DNA of 52,336 nucleotides. Origin: Nemertoderma westbladi (Eukaryota > Animalia > Xenacoelomorpha). Where the stretch lies: contig JAUCBJ010006065.1 in the NCBI GenBank assembly GCA_032718475.1, positions 1 through 52,336 on the forward strand, read 5' to 3'. Shown one piece after another: positions 36,101 to 47,931 of the stretch. The notes beneath the pieces were generated by a model. The model was given only the letters and a program-made list of their open reading frames with translations, had not been told where the DNA came from and made no database searches. The first letter of the stretch is position 1; every line of letters starts with the position of its first letter. The position numbers and the translations under genes are program-made.

Positions 36101-37607
36101 AAGCCGCCACATAGATCGCAAATACCACCTTCATTCGGCGAATGATAAAGGAGTTCTTACAGTACAATATTTATAATGGAACCCATGGATGGCAAATCGA
36201 GTGTAATACATGTAAACCCTTTAACTATTTACAATTATTATAGCTGAGCTGTAAAATGGACAGAGACATACTGTATATAAAAAATGTACGTATTCTTTTC
36301 TATCATGGTCAACTCCCGTATATGGGGTTATGGTTACCTATACCGGTACATTCCAAGTAGATTAACTAAAACTAATTTAATAAGCTATAAGGCCTCTCTC
36401 TGGTGTGAACAACAGAAATATATTTGATGATATGTTGAGTAATGTATCCGAAACATCATCAAGTTCATCATATCTGCGAAACAAACCTTTCTAAAACGTT
36501 TCAACAGAACTATGTAGTATAATAAGCTTATAATTACGGTGGCTGAAAGCGGCCAAACAATATTAATTAAGCGTTTTTTTTTTAATTTCAACCCGGGTTG
36601 AAAATAATTTCAACCCGGGTTGAAAATAATATCAACCCGGGTTGAAAATAATATCAACCCGGGTTGAAAATAATATCAACCCGGGTTGAAAATAATATCA
36701 ACCCGGGTTGAAAATAATATCAACCCGGGTTGAAAATAATATCAACCCGGGTTGAAAATAATATCAACCCGGGTTGAAAATAATATCAACCCGGGTTGAA
36801 AATAATATCAACCCGGGTTGAAAATAATATCAACCCGGGTTGAAAATAATATCAACCCAGGTTGAAAATAATATCAACCCGGGTTGAAAATAATATCAAC
36901 CCGGGTTGAAAATACTTGCATATGACCAATGACAATTCGTTCTATGAACTCTTTGTTGATGAGGTGTGGCGGGAAATATAAATGTAAATATATATGTATC
37001 GCTATTCTTCTGTTTACTCCAGTTGTTTGCAGTAGGCCTAAAGTCGGACATTGCATTGCTGCATTGGCTGAGTGATACCTACATATATATATTATATTTA
37101 TATTTCCCGCCACACCTCATCAACAAAAGAGTTCATAGAACGAATTGTCATTGGTCACATGCAAGTATTTTCAACCCGGGTTGATATTATTTTCAACCCG
37201 GGTTGATATTATTTTCAACCCGGGTTGATATTATTTTCAACCCGGGTTGATATTATTTTCAACCCGGGTTGATATTATTTTCAACCCGGGTTGATATTAT
37301 TTTCAACCCGGGTTGAAATTAAAAAAAAAACGCTTAATTAATATTGTTTGGCCGCTTTCAGCCACCGTATATAATAATACGCAGTGTCATGTATGTTTTC
37401 TGCGAACAAACACAAATATTATAATAGTTAATTTACATTTTCTCACTCTTTCAATCCATCGATATCAATGTCATCCACTCAACTACAGCTTTGGATACCC
37501 TTCTAAATGGATTCTACGTAAAATTTTACATATATAGTGAAAAAATGGTGCTTTCCTCACCTTTTTGTCGTGATATGGATATTTTTTAACCCTAAGCCAC
37601 CTGACTA
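33140..37607. mobile_element. ~4.5-kb non-autonomous DNA element with ~150-bp TIRs
   Basis: tagtcaggtggcttaggg...gatatcgatgg (33140-33285) is inverted relative to 37450-37607 (...ccctaagccacctgacta). No clear TSD and no transposase ORF. Confidence 0.8.
36537..37367. mobile_element. Young TA-flanked foldback element with 22-bp internal tandem repeats
   Basis: TA|cggtggctgaaagcggccaaac...gtttggccgctttcagccaccg|TA; unit tcaacccgggttgaaaataata x15 (left) and x7 (right, inverted); inner ~80-bp inverted repeat. Confidence 0.92.
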
Positions 37608-38264
37608 CATATGCTGCCACTGTGCTCAATCCCCCTACTGCTGTACTTGACCTTCTTTAACCACTCGCTACAATGAAAGGTAGTATATTAACCATGAAAC
37701 ATCACGGCCACAATGATTAATTATACACTCTAGCTACTAATTTAGTCATGACAGTTACACCCATAGAGAAATGCGATCCGTATATTCTTTTATACCGTTT
37801 CATGGTTAATATACAATACCCTTTCATTGCAACTAGTGGTTAAAGAAGGCCACGTACAGTAGGGTTGATCACAGGGCAGCATATTGTTGTATTGACAGAT
37901 GGGAGGCCGCAAGGAGGTAAATTGCGGACATACAATGTATGAGGTAGTATTTCCAGGTCTACCTTTTACCTGAGCCACTAGGTGAATTGTTAAGAGCTTC
38001 AGACTTCCAACCCAGAGGTCACCAGTTCAATCCCACCTGGACGTCATTGCCGACTTAGTGTTGGATAGAAAATAATTAAAAAAAGTTAATAAGCCTGAAG
38101 AGTGAGATTATACAAACGAACTTATTAAATTAAGAAAACGGAATTAACAGATTAGTGTAATTACTTGTTCATTGTTAATTAATCACAGTAATAAAGCAAT
38201 GTAGTATTAATTGTTTCTTTCAATATAATATTGTTATGAAACTAGTAGCCGTGGTCGCCGAACG

Positions 38265-38344
38265 ACGTGCCAACCCCAGTCGCTCAGCTGTCTCATTTAC
38301 GTGCCAACCGCAGTCAATCAGCTGACTTATTCACGTGCCAACCG
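38265..38344. repeat. 34-bp imperfect tandem repeat (~2.4 copies)
   Basis: acgtgccaacc at 38265, 38299 and 38333. Confidence 0.7.
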
Positions 38345-38466
38345 AATAGGGTAACGCATGAATTAAGAACAACAGACTTCAGGTATGGTTATGGTTAATA
38401 TTAGTTAATAAATTAAGCAAGCCAGTTAATTTGATGTTAATACCCAGTTAATATGAGTTAACTTAC

Positions 38467-38518
38467 GTCCCCGTCTGTGTGGACTCAAAGACCTTGATCG
38501 TAAGGGCCGATGGCCGTG
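38467..38518 (-). CDS. SPATA18: SPATA18/Mieap-like exon (HGHRPLRSRSLSPHRRG)
   Basis: ttcctag| ... |gtaagt; phase 0 start fits the previous exon; RSRSLSP matches the RS-rich C-terminus of Mieap proteins. Confidence 0.8.
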
Positions 38519-39469
38519 CTAGGAACAAAAATTAACACCATAGCATCCCACATATTTTTAGTAGAAAAAGCTAAGTAGTTTAAATATTATTATCCTGAAC
38601 TTACTTCGATTCATAAGCAATGTTATTGACACTCACAGTTAATTGCCGCTTCACAAGAAGAATGTGTACAAAGTTTATCTATCACGCAACAGCTTATAAC
38701 TTATTAACAACTATGGGTAATTAATAAAATAGTTCGCCCAGTATTCCCTCAGGCCACATGGATTACGTGCTTTGATAAAGGATCACAGTCGCCACATTTG
38801 AAAGCTGCTAATTTCCTGTTTAATTGCGGTCCATTGGTGTCATTACACGCTCGGATTACAAACTTTAGAATTTGCGATCTACGATAGCTATAAATAATTC
38901 GCTGCTTAAATTCATTCCATAAGATTTGCAGGAAATGTGAGGCTCTTTTGGGATTATTAATCAAAGAATGCCTTATCAACAAAATGTGCGATCTTCCACA
39001 GTAAACCCTCCCGTCCCCTCCTGTTTATTTCTCATTTACCTTTTCTCCCCTTTCCTGTGAAGGATGAAAGCCTAGGTGGAGCTAGTTATCTATAGTACTG
39101 CGACAAAATATAGCAGCCCTTTATCTGGGGTTCATTGTTCCTGGAAGCTCCCAATTGGAGCTCCAGAACGATTCACCCATGTGAATGCTCAGTTAACAAA
39201 TTGTATGTAAGTACTTGTTACTGTGATGTTATATATACTTGAATGTGCTGTAGTACAGATAGCTCACAGACCCCTTACATGTATCACTGTACCTCATTGT
39301 ATAAATCAGATTTGGTGATAGGGTGTAATAGTGCAATTTGAAGTATACTATATAATATACACCATCTCCACTAAATGGTAAAAAAAACAGATAGCTCAGT
39401 ACGGTTCCTCTATTTACTCACCGATATACTAATCGATACTACTGTAGTAGAAACCTCCCTTGAGTAACT

Positions 39470-39608
39470 ATATACTAACCCATTCAGTGATCTCCCTTGC
39501 CTAACTATATACTAACCGACCCGTGACCTCCCTTGCCTAACTACATACTAACCGATCCAGAGACCTCCCTTGCCTAACTATATAAATAAACTAACCGATC
39601 CGTGACCA
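39470..39608. repeat. ~36-bp tandem repeat overlapping a SPATA18 splice donor
   Basis: ctatatactaaccgacccgtgacctcccttgcctaa-like unit, about 4 copies. Confidence 0.85.
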
Positions 39609-39719
39609 GTAACAGCCTCTCCTTTAATGAGGACTTTGTGATGCTGATCCACCAACGGTGGCCACACGTAGTGATCAACCAGAGCGCAGTCGTAATCTGA
39701 GTCGTATGTTCGTCTATAT
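39596..39719 (-). CDS. SPATA18: SPATA18/Mieap-like exon (YRRTYDSDYDCALVDHYVWPPLVDQHHKVLIKGEAVTGHGS)
   Basis: Signature Mieap C-terminal motif YRRxYDSD...VWPxL...KGEAVT; ttctgttag| acceptor in phase 2; |gttagt donor. Confidence 0.92.
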
Positions 39720-39876
39720 CTAACAGAAAATTTATAAAATAATATATAATAATAAAGATACACCCCCAGGCGGGGTAAATTTGAAATGCAACCAGTAAAA
39801 AACAAAAAAAAAGTATATAAATAAAACAATCGTAAGTAAGAAATTATTAATATTACAAAGTAAGGAGCGCGAAATA

Positions 39877-40400
39877 TTAGGTGGTGGATAACGTGGAGAG
39901 GGGTGGACAAGAAGTGGAAATCAATGCGTGATACCGGCCGGTGCACGATATGGAGCAGTACAGGTAGACGCAGGTCTGCTTGAGAGAGAGGGTGAAATGG
40001 CTGGCGGTTCGAGCACATGAGATGAGGTGGTGGTAACCGTGACGCGGGTCACCACATGGCGGTTTGGTTGACCCTGCCGTTTGAAGTTTTTTTTTCCCGG
40101 TCGGCGCGAAATGCATTATATGTGTTGGCGATTTCAACAGGGATGACTCCCGGGAATTTCGCGTTGAAACCGTTTACGTGGTGTAGGGCCATCGTGGACG
40201 AGGGGGGCGTGTGGTTACCAAGCATCCGCTTCACATGGGTTGCTTTCACTTTGTCGATATCCTTTATTGGTTACAGTTAGAAACTTCGCAATTTCAACCA
40301 TAGAGTACATGATTATTGGGGCGATTTTCCCATTATTGACGATTCTTAGGCCGGTTTCAATAGATGCAGTTTTAAATTGTTTAAGCATCCAGTTTCACTG
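39877..40400 (-). mobile_element. Degenerate non-LTR retrotransposon 3' fragment (RTEX-like)
   Basis: KIAPIIMYS...DKVKATHVKRMLG, then HGYHHLISC...HF...C...CxxxC..RYH...C Cys/His-rich tail across frameshifts. Clade assignment from memory. Confidence 0.55.
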
Positions 40401-41331
40401 TACGCCTTTATGGCTAGAGAAACTGAGAGATTATTAAAATGATATATACTGTATAAAGTAATTAATAATAATAATTAAATAATTAATTAAATATTAATTA
40501 TTATTAATATAAGTTGTTGTTATTTCTTTCGCATATTACCATGGGCTTTAAAGATAGTGGGACACAATAAAATTAATTCCACTGCAGTGGTACGTCGACC
40601 CAAATAATATCTGATTACTCTACAATATAACCGTTCTATTGACTTCAGTTTATTGTTTTGGTTAGAATATCCTTCCCCGGTTCCTTAATTGAAAATTAAC
40701 TAAAATAGTTAACTCGACGAGACGAGATAGTAATACACTGAGATTTGATAAGCGCCTATCCCCCTAGATGTAGTAATAATATGCCTAATATTGTATACCA
40801 GACAAAACGATGATAAAAATTATCAAAATAATATTGTCTGATTTCCGTTTCACTGGAAACTAAATGTGTTTGTGAAATGTTGGCTCGTTTCAGTTAAACG
40901 ATAGACATCGACCTGAAGTTTGTCGGCACAAAATTTCGGAAAATCCCATCCAATAGTTAACTTTTTCTAATCAGAACCAATGCTGCTACGGATAAAAGAC
41001 ACCGCACAGATTCATGTGGAGTTGAGAAATGTTGTTCCTCAGAGGTTCTTATAAAATATTCTTGAAAATGCAACTACGATCTAATTTTTAGTTCTCGTTC
41101 TCGTTACTGCAAATTGTTGTTCCACTGCTCATCGATCCTCTATACGAACCACTTGGATATTTTGTGTTCTTCAATCAGTGTATGTTACTATTGGGAAAAA
41201 TATAGTTTTCATGGCGTCCTACTTATAAATAAAAGTCTATACAATTCAAGTCAATTATGATAACTCTAAGGCCATAGCCTATCCGATTGGGGTTAAATGG
41301 AATTTCCAGTTACCATGGTAACTAGGCTAAA

Positions 41332-42247
41332 CAGTTGTCGTTGTTCAGGTACATTGAACCCCCCAAACAACCCCCCCCCCCCCCCCCCCCCATAAAAAAA
41401 TAACTAAAAATATATTTTTTTTACAAATCTTATTGAGATTGCATGAAATTGTAAATAGAGTTAGTTTCACCTCCATTCTTACTGGGTTTATTTTGCTTTC
41501 ATTCTTTAGCTACAAGCGTTTAAAAATCTCCGCCGATATTGCACCAGTTAAACCGCAGTTATTCTTCAATCTTACAGTGATTTGTTGGTACTGATAGAAA
41601 GCTGACCGTACAAGGATTCCTAATATGTAACTCAATCTAAATTTCGTTCAAAGCTAGCTAAGATATGGGCGTTCAAATGTTGCATGGCTTTGAGTCTGCG
41701 TAAGGCTATTTTATTCTATTTAATAAATACACAATTTCTGGAACATTTTGTTTATCCCATACGTAGCTGGGCAACAATGCAATACCTCTTTAATCATACC
41801 ATGGCCTACTATATATAGTAGGCCATGATCATACTATTATGTAGCAATTCATACACATGAACAAAATGTTCTAGAATATGGTGTATTTAATAAATATAAT
41901 AAAATAACCTCGCGCAAATGCAAAGCCATGCAACTTTTGAACGCTCATATCTCAGCTATTTTACGACGAAAGTCAGATTGTGTTATTTGGTATCCTAGCA
42001 TGGCCAGCTTTCTAACAATACCAACAAATTACTATACGGTTGAATGAAGAATAACTGCGGTGAAACTGGTGCAATTTCATCGCCGGAGACACCTTTTTTA
42101 ACGCAAAAACGAACGCAAAAATTAAAATTCTGGCACACCCATTATCGAGGGGTGAGGTAAAACTATCTTTGATTCATATTTCATGCAATTCATGCATTTT
42201 TTTTTGGGGGGGGGGGTGTCCGTCCATGTACCTGGATAATGACAATA
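41332..42247. mobile_element. Long palindromic MITE (Tc1/mariner-like ends), copy 1
   Basis: ttgtcgttgttcaggtaca / tgtacctggataatgacaa; ~400-bp degenerate inverted arms; central hairpin catggcctactatatatagtaggccatg. Confidence 0.75.
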
Positions 42248-42684
42248 TAGGCTTATTCCAGGACATGGTGTATAATGATAATTTAAAGGTGTTATGAACA
42301 GTCACTGCAAACAGATGCATTTTGATAAAAAGTAGATAATTTTGGACATTCGGTATGTGTTATCTGAACCACAAGCTGGATCTTTTCTAAGTTTAAACAA
42401 ACAGTTCCAGATAACTCTAGTGTCCATGGCAATAGGAGTTGAATAAAGCCAATTAACACCAGAAACTCACCTCCTCCTTAAGGAGGAAAAAGCAGCCAGC
42501 AGCCGATCTAAACAACAAACTAAAATGAAGGCAAATAAATAAATCATAAACTAAGCTAAGCAACAAACTGAAACGCACTAAATTGTCACAGTTTGTTATT
42601 TTCCTTAGATTCGTGGTTGCATTTCCTTGTTGAAATGCCCTTCTAGTACTATTGGGAAAAACAGAGGAAATAGAACAATCTGGG

Positions 42685-43008
42685 CCCATGTGAAGTATAC
42701 CAGAATTTCTGCCGTTATATTTCACTTTGCAGTTACCCGCATGTGAAGAATACCAGGTTTTCACAGGTTACACAGGTTACAGAAGGGCTCAATCTAACCA
42801 AAACAATAAACGAATTAGTATATGTACAGGTTATATATAAGACAGAAATAAGCGCTATAAAACACTTTGATAAAGATAAATTTAAAAAATAAAAAATCTT
42901 CATATATAAAATTCCACTAAAAAGTCAACCGAAAAGTGAAATCCTGGTATTCTTCACATGGGCGACAATCGGCCCAAAAGTGAAATCCTGGTATTCTACA
43001 CATGGGCG
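42685..43008. mobile_element. MITE with duplicated right terminus
   Basis: gcccatgtgaagtataccagaatttc vs gaaatcctggtattcttcacatgggc (present twice); homologous to 17394-17641. Confidence 0.75.
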
Positions 43009-43200
43009 AAAATCTGCCTTCAATAATTATTATTACTGTTTAATGTTTAGTCTGGTCGTGGCCTGTTTTCAGTAGGCAATGATTATAAACAGTAGCCTAT
43101 TTATTAGCGTATTCTAGAATTACATACGATTTCGCTGCAACTACAAATTTTAACAAATAGCTAAATTATATTAGAGACAGTTGAAGTTAATTATGAACTG

Positions 43201-44032
43201 CTAATGATTCTACTATATAGTGTATCCCTAATGGTTCTACTATATAGTGTATCCCTAATGGTTCTACTATATAGTGTATCCCTAATGGTTCAACTATATA
43301 GTGTATCCCTAATGGTTCTACTATATAGTGTATCCCTAATGGTTCTACTATATAGTGTATCCCTAATGGTTCTACTATATAGTGTATCCCTAATGGTTCA
43401 ACTATATAGTGTATCCCTAATGGTTTTACTATATAGTGTATCCCTAATGGTTCTACTATATAGTGTATCCCTAATGGTTCTACTATAGTGTATCCCTAAT
43501 GGTTCTACTATATAGTGTATCCCTAATGGTTCTACTATATAGTGTATCCCTAATGATTCTACTATATAGTGTATCCCTAATGGTTCTACTATATAGTGTA
43601 TCCCTAATGGTTCTACTATATAGTGTATCCCTAATGATTCTACTATATAGTGTATCCCTAATGGTTCTACTATATAGTGTATCCCTAATGGTTCTACTAT
43701 ATAGTGTATCCCTAATGGTTCTACTATATAGTGTATCCCTAATGGTTCTACTATATAGTGTATCCCTAATGGTTCTACTATATAGTGTATCCCTAATGGT
43801 TCTACTATATAGTGTATCCCTAATGGTTCTACTATATAGTGTATCCCTAATGGTTCTACTATATAGTGTATCCCTAATGGTTATACTATATAGTGTATCC
43901 CTAATGGTTCTACTATATAGTGTATCCCTAATGGTTCTACTATATAGTGTATCCCTAATGGTTCAACTATATAGTGTATCCCTAATGGTTCTACTATATA
44001 GTGTATCCCTAATGGTTCTACTAGTGTATCCC
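43201..44032. repeat. 27-bp minisatellite (ctaatggttctactatatagtgtatcc) x~31
   Basis: Highly homogeneous array; each unit contains the palindrome actatatagt. Confidence 0.97.
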
Positions 44033-44823
44033 AATTTTATAAATGTTATATAAATAATTAAAATAATTATTTAAATTTTTTTGCAAATTTATATGATTTT
44101 TGCCAAATTGTTTTAAGTTAATTGAGTCTTAAAATTTTGCGACTGGTAGATTGTATTTTTGCAATTGTGCCTTATGTTTTGTTTTTTATGTAGCCAGTTT
44201 AAAACTCCAAAATGAGAAAATATCGTTATTTTTATTTGGATCTTCTAATTTGTAGATATTCAAAATTCTGATTGTGTTTATATGGCAGGACTAGCTATTG
44301 TTTTTTTTTTATGAGTAGGTTTTTTATGCTAGTTGTGTTTCTAAAACACAACAATTTAAATTAATTCACACTTTAAATACAATATAAAACTGACTCAGCC
44401 GCAGTTTAATAAAATAGTTGACCATTATCAAGAATGGCCACAAACAATGTGAATGACAGTAGATCGCAGTCCTAAAAATAATTCTGCAACCTAAAGTAAT
44501 AGGAACGCATTTTAAACAACCATATTCAGCATGATCCGGTCTCTTAAATATAATTTTGGGTTGAACGAAATATATTTTTGGCCAAATCCCGGCGAAACGC
44601 ATATGCAAAAATGTAACCAATGTGATAATTTTACTTACAGTATTTAAACAGGGTTGCGCTTTGTGTCCCTGCTAAAATAAAACGATGACTACTTACAGTT
44701 GAACAGACAGATAGGAACATGTTGTTTCTTTGTTTCCAATTAATTTTACTTGCTTGATATTGGTCTGTCAAAAATATATTTCGTCCAACCCAAAACCATA
44801 ATATATATAAGCTATATATACTG

Positions 44824-44864
44824 TAAAATGCAGCTGCAATGCAGCATGCCGATGGTAGTAGTAG
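44824..44864 (+). mobile_element. Extremely 5'-truncated (~41 bp) RTE insertion
   Basis: aaaatgcagctgcaatgcagcatgccgat matches the 3' end of the RTE at 28830-28858; (tag)n tail; tatactg TSD at 44817-44823 and 44865-44871. Confidence 0.85.
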
Positions 44865-45319
44865 TATACTGAATTCATGATTTTGAGTGTTGACCGGACA
44901 TTTTGAGTATTGTCCCCAGACGTTTGACTGTTTTCCTTGGACTTGCCGACGACATGCGGAGCTGAAACTTGGCAGAAAGGTCTGCGATCTACTGTTATTC
45001 TCATTGTTTGTGACCATTTTTATAATGGTCAACCATTTCTTGACTGTACCTGAGTGTATCACCGTTTTTAGGTGATATAACAGTTTCCACCTATCCCTCT
45101 ACAGAAGTTATGTTATATCTGAAAAACAGTTGAAGAAAAAAAGCCTCAGAAAATTACAAATGAAGTATGAAACTATTCATTTTCAACCATTTTGACACGT
45201 TTTTAAAAACACTAGCTACTATATGAGACGGCGAGACACTGTCCGACAAAATTCGAAAAACTGCCTTAACTAATGAGGAAAAATAATATGTACTTAAACC
45301 ATTAGAAAAAAAGCAACAA

Positions 45320-45440
45320 AACACTGTAGTAGCCCTGTTAGTAACACTGTAGTAGCACCCTGTTAGTAACACTGTAGTAGCACCCTGTTAGTAACACTGT
45401 AGTAGCACCCTGTTAGTAACACTGTAGTAGCACCCTGTTA
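45320..45440. repeat. 25-bp minisatellite (aacactgtagtagcaccctgttagt) x~5
   Basis: Direct tandem copies ending 45 bp upstream of the 45485 ATG. Confidence 0.92.
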
Positions 45441-45484
45441 TTTGAATTATCTTAGTAGATCTTTAAAATATTTCATTTATTATA

Positions 45485-47275
45485 ATGGCATCGAAATTGG
45501 TTCGAAAAATATCATCTGCAAAAATCGTAATGTCGCTAAGAGATCGATTTGGCAGAAGGAGAAGAACGTCAACGACTTTAAGTCAAACAGATGAAGCAAT
45601 GATGAATGAGGACATTCTTAAATGTTATGATGATATAATAAAGCTTGATGAAGAAACAATTCAGGGAGATGATGATATTATTACTCCTATAATGGTAAAA
45701 ACTATTGGGGGTGCAGCAAATAGTTTACAAGTCTCGCCAAAGCAATGCAAGTCCAGTGGAGAACATGTTAGTACATTGGCTTCGCCAACGGCCATGGCAG
45801 AATTCAACAACCACAGGCAAGAGTTACAGGGGGATGAGTTGTTGGTTAATTCCGCGATGCAGTACCAAGCGAGATTGACGGAAGAGCGCGGCGAAAAAGC
45901 AGAAATGTTAAACGAGTTAAGCAAGAAAAGAGAGATGATTGCTGCTCTTCAAATTGAAATAGATGAAACCTCAAAGAATGTGATAAACTTGCAATCCAAA
46001 ATACAATTTTCTGAAAGAGAGAGGAATTTAATAGAATTACAAGTAGCCACTGAAGGAGAAAATCTTGGCAGGCAAATTGCCGAGGCAACTCATATTAAAG
46101 AGGAGTCAGAGAATCTGTCAAAGAATATCGATGCGGTCAAAGACGGCGCCATTAAATTAGATTCAGATGTTGGAAGCGCAAAGATAATGCTTAACGAAAA
46201 GGAGGAAAAAATAAAGGAGCTAATAAAAGTAAGCCAAGATCTAACATGGAAGATCGAGAGAACAGAAAGGGAACTTCGAGACAACAAGGAGGAGAACATT
46301 AAGTTAACCATGAAAGCGGAGCACATGAAGGAGAAGGTAGACATCGTGCAGAATGGCCTCAAGATGATCCGTCATCAGATGGAAGACACTCAAAGGGAAG
46401 TTAAAATGCGCGATGGCCGATTGGAGTCGGCGAAACAAGATGCTCGCATCAGTGAAACAACTTTAGCGGAGAGAGTTCTAAGTCTATCTGACGAAGTTTC
46501 TGAGCGGGAGTCCAAGTTGCAGCGAGCCGAAGAGATAACCTGCGCCATCGAGAAAGAAATCAAATTGCTACGAATCGAATTATATTCAGCAAAAGAAGAG
46601 TTGACCGGCACCGCTGGACGACTCGACCAGGAAATACGGGAAAAATCAAACCTGCAACAGAGCAATGACCAAATGGAGCAAAACCTGAAAAAACTTAAAA
46701 AAGCAATAGCGTCAATAGAAAAAGAAAGAGATCATGCTGCGTCCCAAGCGCAAGAACTACAATCGCGAGTGAACGCGTTGAAATTGGATGCAGATGATTT
46801 CACTCAATCACTAACAACCCAAAAAGGTGAATTAGAAATGATCAAGAAAGATAGAGAATTGTTACTAGCCAAGTTATGCGACTTAGAGAAAAGCAACCGA
46901 AGTTTAGAGAAAGAGGTAGAACTACATCGGAATCGCGGCGATATGATTGAATGCGAGTTGAAGGACAGTCAGCGTGCACGCGATTCGTTAGATAAAACTG
47001 TTCGCGATCTCAAGGTCGGTAATAAACACATTCAGGATCAACTTGGAGGTCAGGTGGACGGTTTGTTATTGGGTAAAGCAGACCACGATGAAGGCCACGG
47101 CGGAGGAGAGGAAGACGTTTTGGATCGGCGTCTGGCACAACTGCAACGGAACAAATGCGATCTGACAAGTCAGTTGGAGAAAGAGGCGCAGTTACTGGGT
47201 GAAATGCGTCGACAAAGCGATGAACTGCACAAGAAATATGGCGAACATACAATCTTCTCTGACATACCTAAATAA
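45485..47275 (+). CDS. Intronless 596-aa coiled-coil protein of unknown family, nested antisense in a SPATA18 intron
   Basis: 1791-nt uninterrupted ORF with ataATGg start context; E/K/L/Q-rich heptads from ~aa 110 on; AATAAA at the stop and at ~47374. Confidence 0.85.
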   Translation: MASKLVRKISSAKIVMSLRDRFGRRRRTSTTLSQTDEAMMNEDILKCYDDIIKLDEETIQGDDDIITPIMVKTIGGAANSLQVSPKQCKSSGEHVSTLASPTAMAEFNNHRQELQGDELLVNSAMQYQARLTEERGEKAEMLNELSKKREMIAALQIEIDETSKNVINLQSKIQFSERERNLIELQVATEGENLGRQIAEATHIKEESENLSKNIDAVKDGAIKLDSDVGSAKIMLNEKEEKIKELIKVSQDLTWKIERTERELRDNKEENIKLTMKAEHMKEKVDIVQNGLKMIRHQMEDTQREVKMRDGRLESAKQDARISETTLAERVLSLSDEVSERESKLQRAEEITCAIEKEIKLLRIELYSAKEELTGTAGRLDQEIREKSNLQQSNDQMEQNLKKLKKAIASIEKERDHAASQAQELQSRVNALKLDADDFTQSLTTQKGELEMIKKDRELLLAKLCDLEKSNRSLEKEVELHRNRGDMIECELKDSQRARDSLDKTVRDLKVGNKHIQDQLGGQVDGLLLGKADHDEGHGGGEEDVLDRRLAQLQRNKCDLTSQLEKEAQLLGEMRRQSDELHKKYGEHTIFSDIPK

Positions 47276-47931
47276 ACCTACATCTGCTACAACCTGAATA
47301 TATAATCGCCTCACACGATGCAACATTTGTTGCAGTAACTAGTTTCTACAACATGCTGCAGGTCCTCTTTACTAATAAATACATTGATGCAACCAAGTTG
47401 CTCATGAAAGAGGGCCCACAACAAGCTTCTGAAAAAAGTTGCAACAAAAGTAGCGTCGTTTCAGGCGGACCTAAGAATAATTAAAATCCATAATGTATTG
47501 AAGAAATATTGCTTGCTTCATTTGGTCTGGCAGCCTAAATAGTAAACTAAAACTAAATAATATTATTTTTTTAACTTTAATAGCCATGCATATTGTTATT
47601 GACTATACTTTTATTTAACACGTGGAACAAATTTTAATTTTTTAATATTTTAACATGTAACATTATTTTCAATCCTACCATAGAAAACCAATTACATAAC
47701 TATATTTCAACTTGCAGTAGAACTAGTTTAAAGACTTGGCCTTATTCAACATGTTGAATCCCAATTAATATTAATATGACATATTAATATAGCCTAAACG
47801 ATTTTATCATCTTTGCTTGGGTCAGTAAAACAAAGTATTTGGAGTCTGGAGCATAAACATGTGCTAGCATGTAGAACATAAACATTTTCAATTTCTAAAA
47901 CACTTCTTTCTACTATATAAAACAAACTAAC

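Larger units (their letters stand above)
32622..38056 (-). mobile_element. Long copy of the tRNA-arm palindromic element, interrupted by nested insertions
   Basis: Left arm 32622-32768 + 33033-33135 + 37608-37700 mirrors right arm 37797-38056; tail is on the left. Confidence 0.75.

Noticed and set aside
36587-37318. CRISPR-like array of palindromic repeats
   Set aside because: No unique spacers, no cas genes, eukaryotic context; these are tandem repeats inside a foldback element.
43204-44053. Hydrophobic repeat protein (MVLLYSVSL)n
   Set aside because: Translation of the 27-bp minisatellite.
45661-47252. Minus-strand ORFs within the coiled-coil gene
   Set aside because: Antisense shadows with Ser/Phe/Leu-rich composition.
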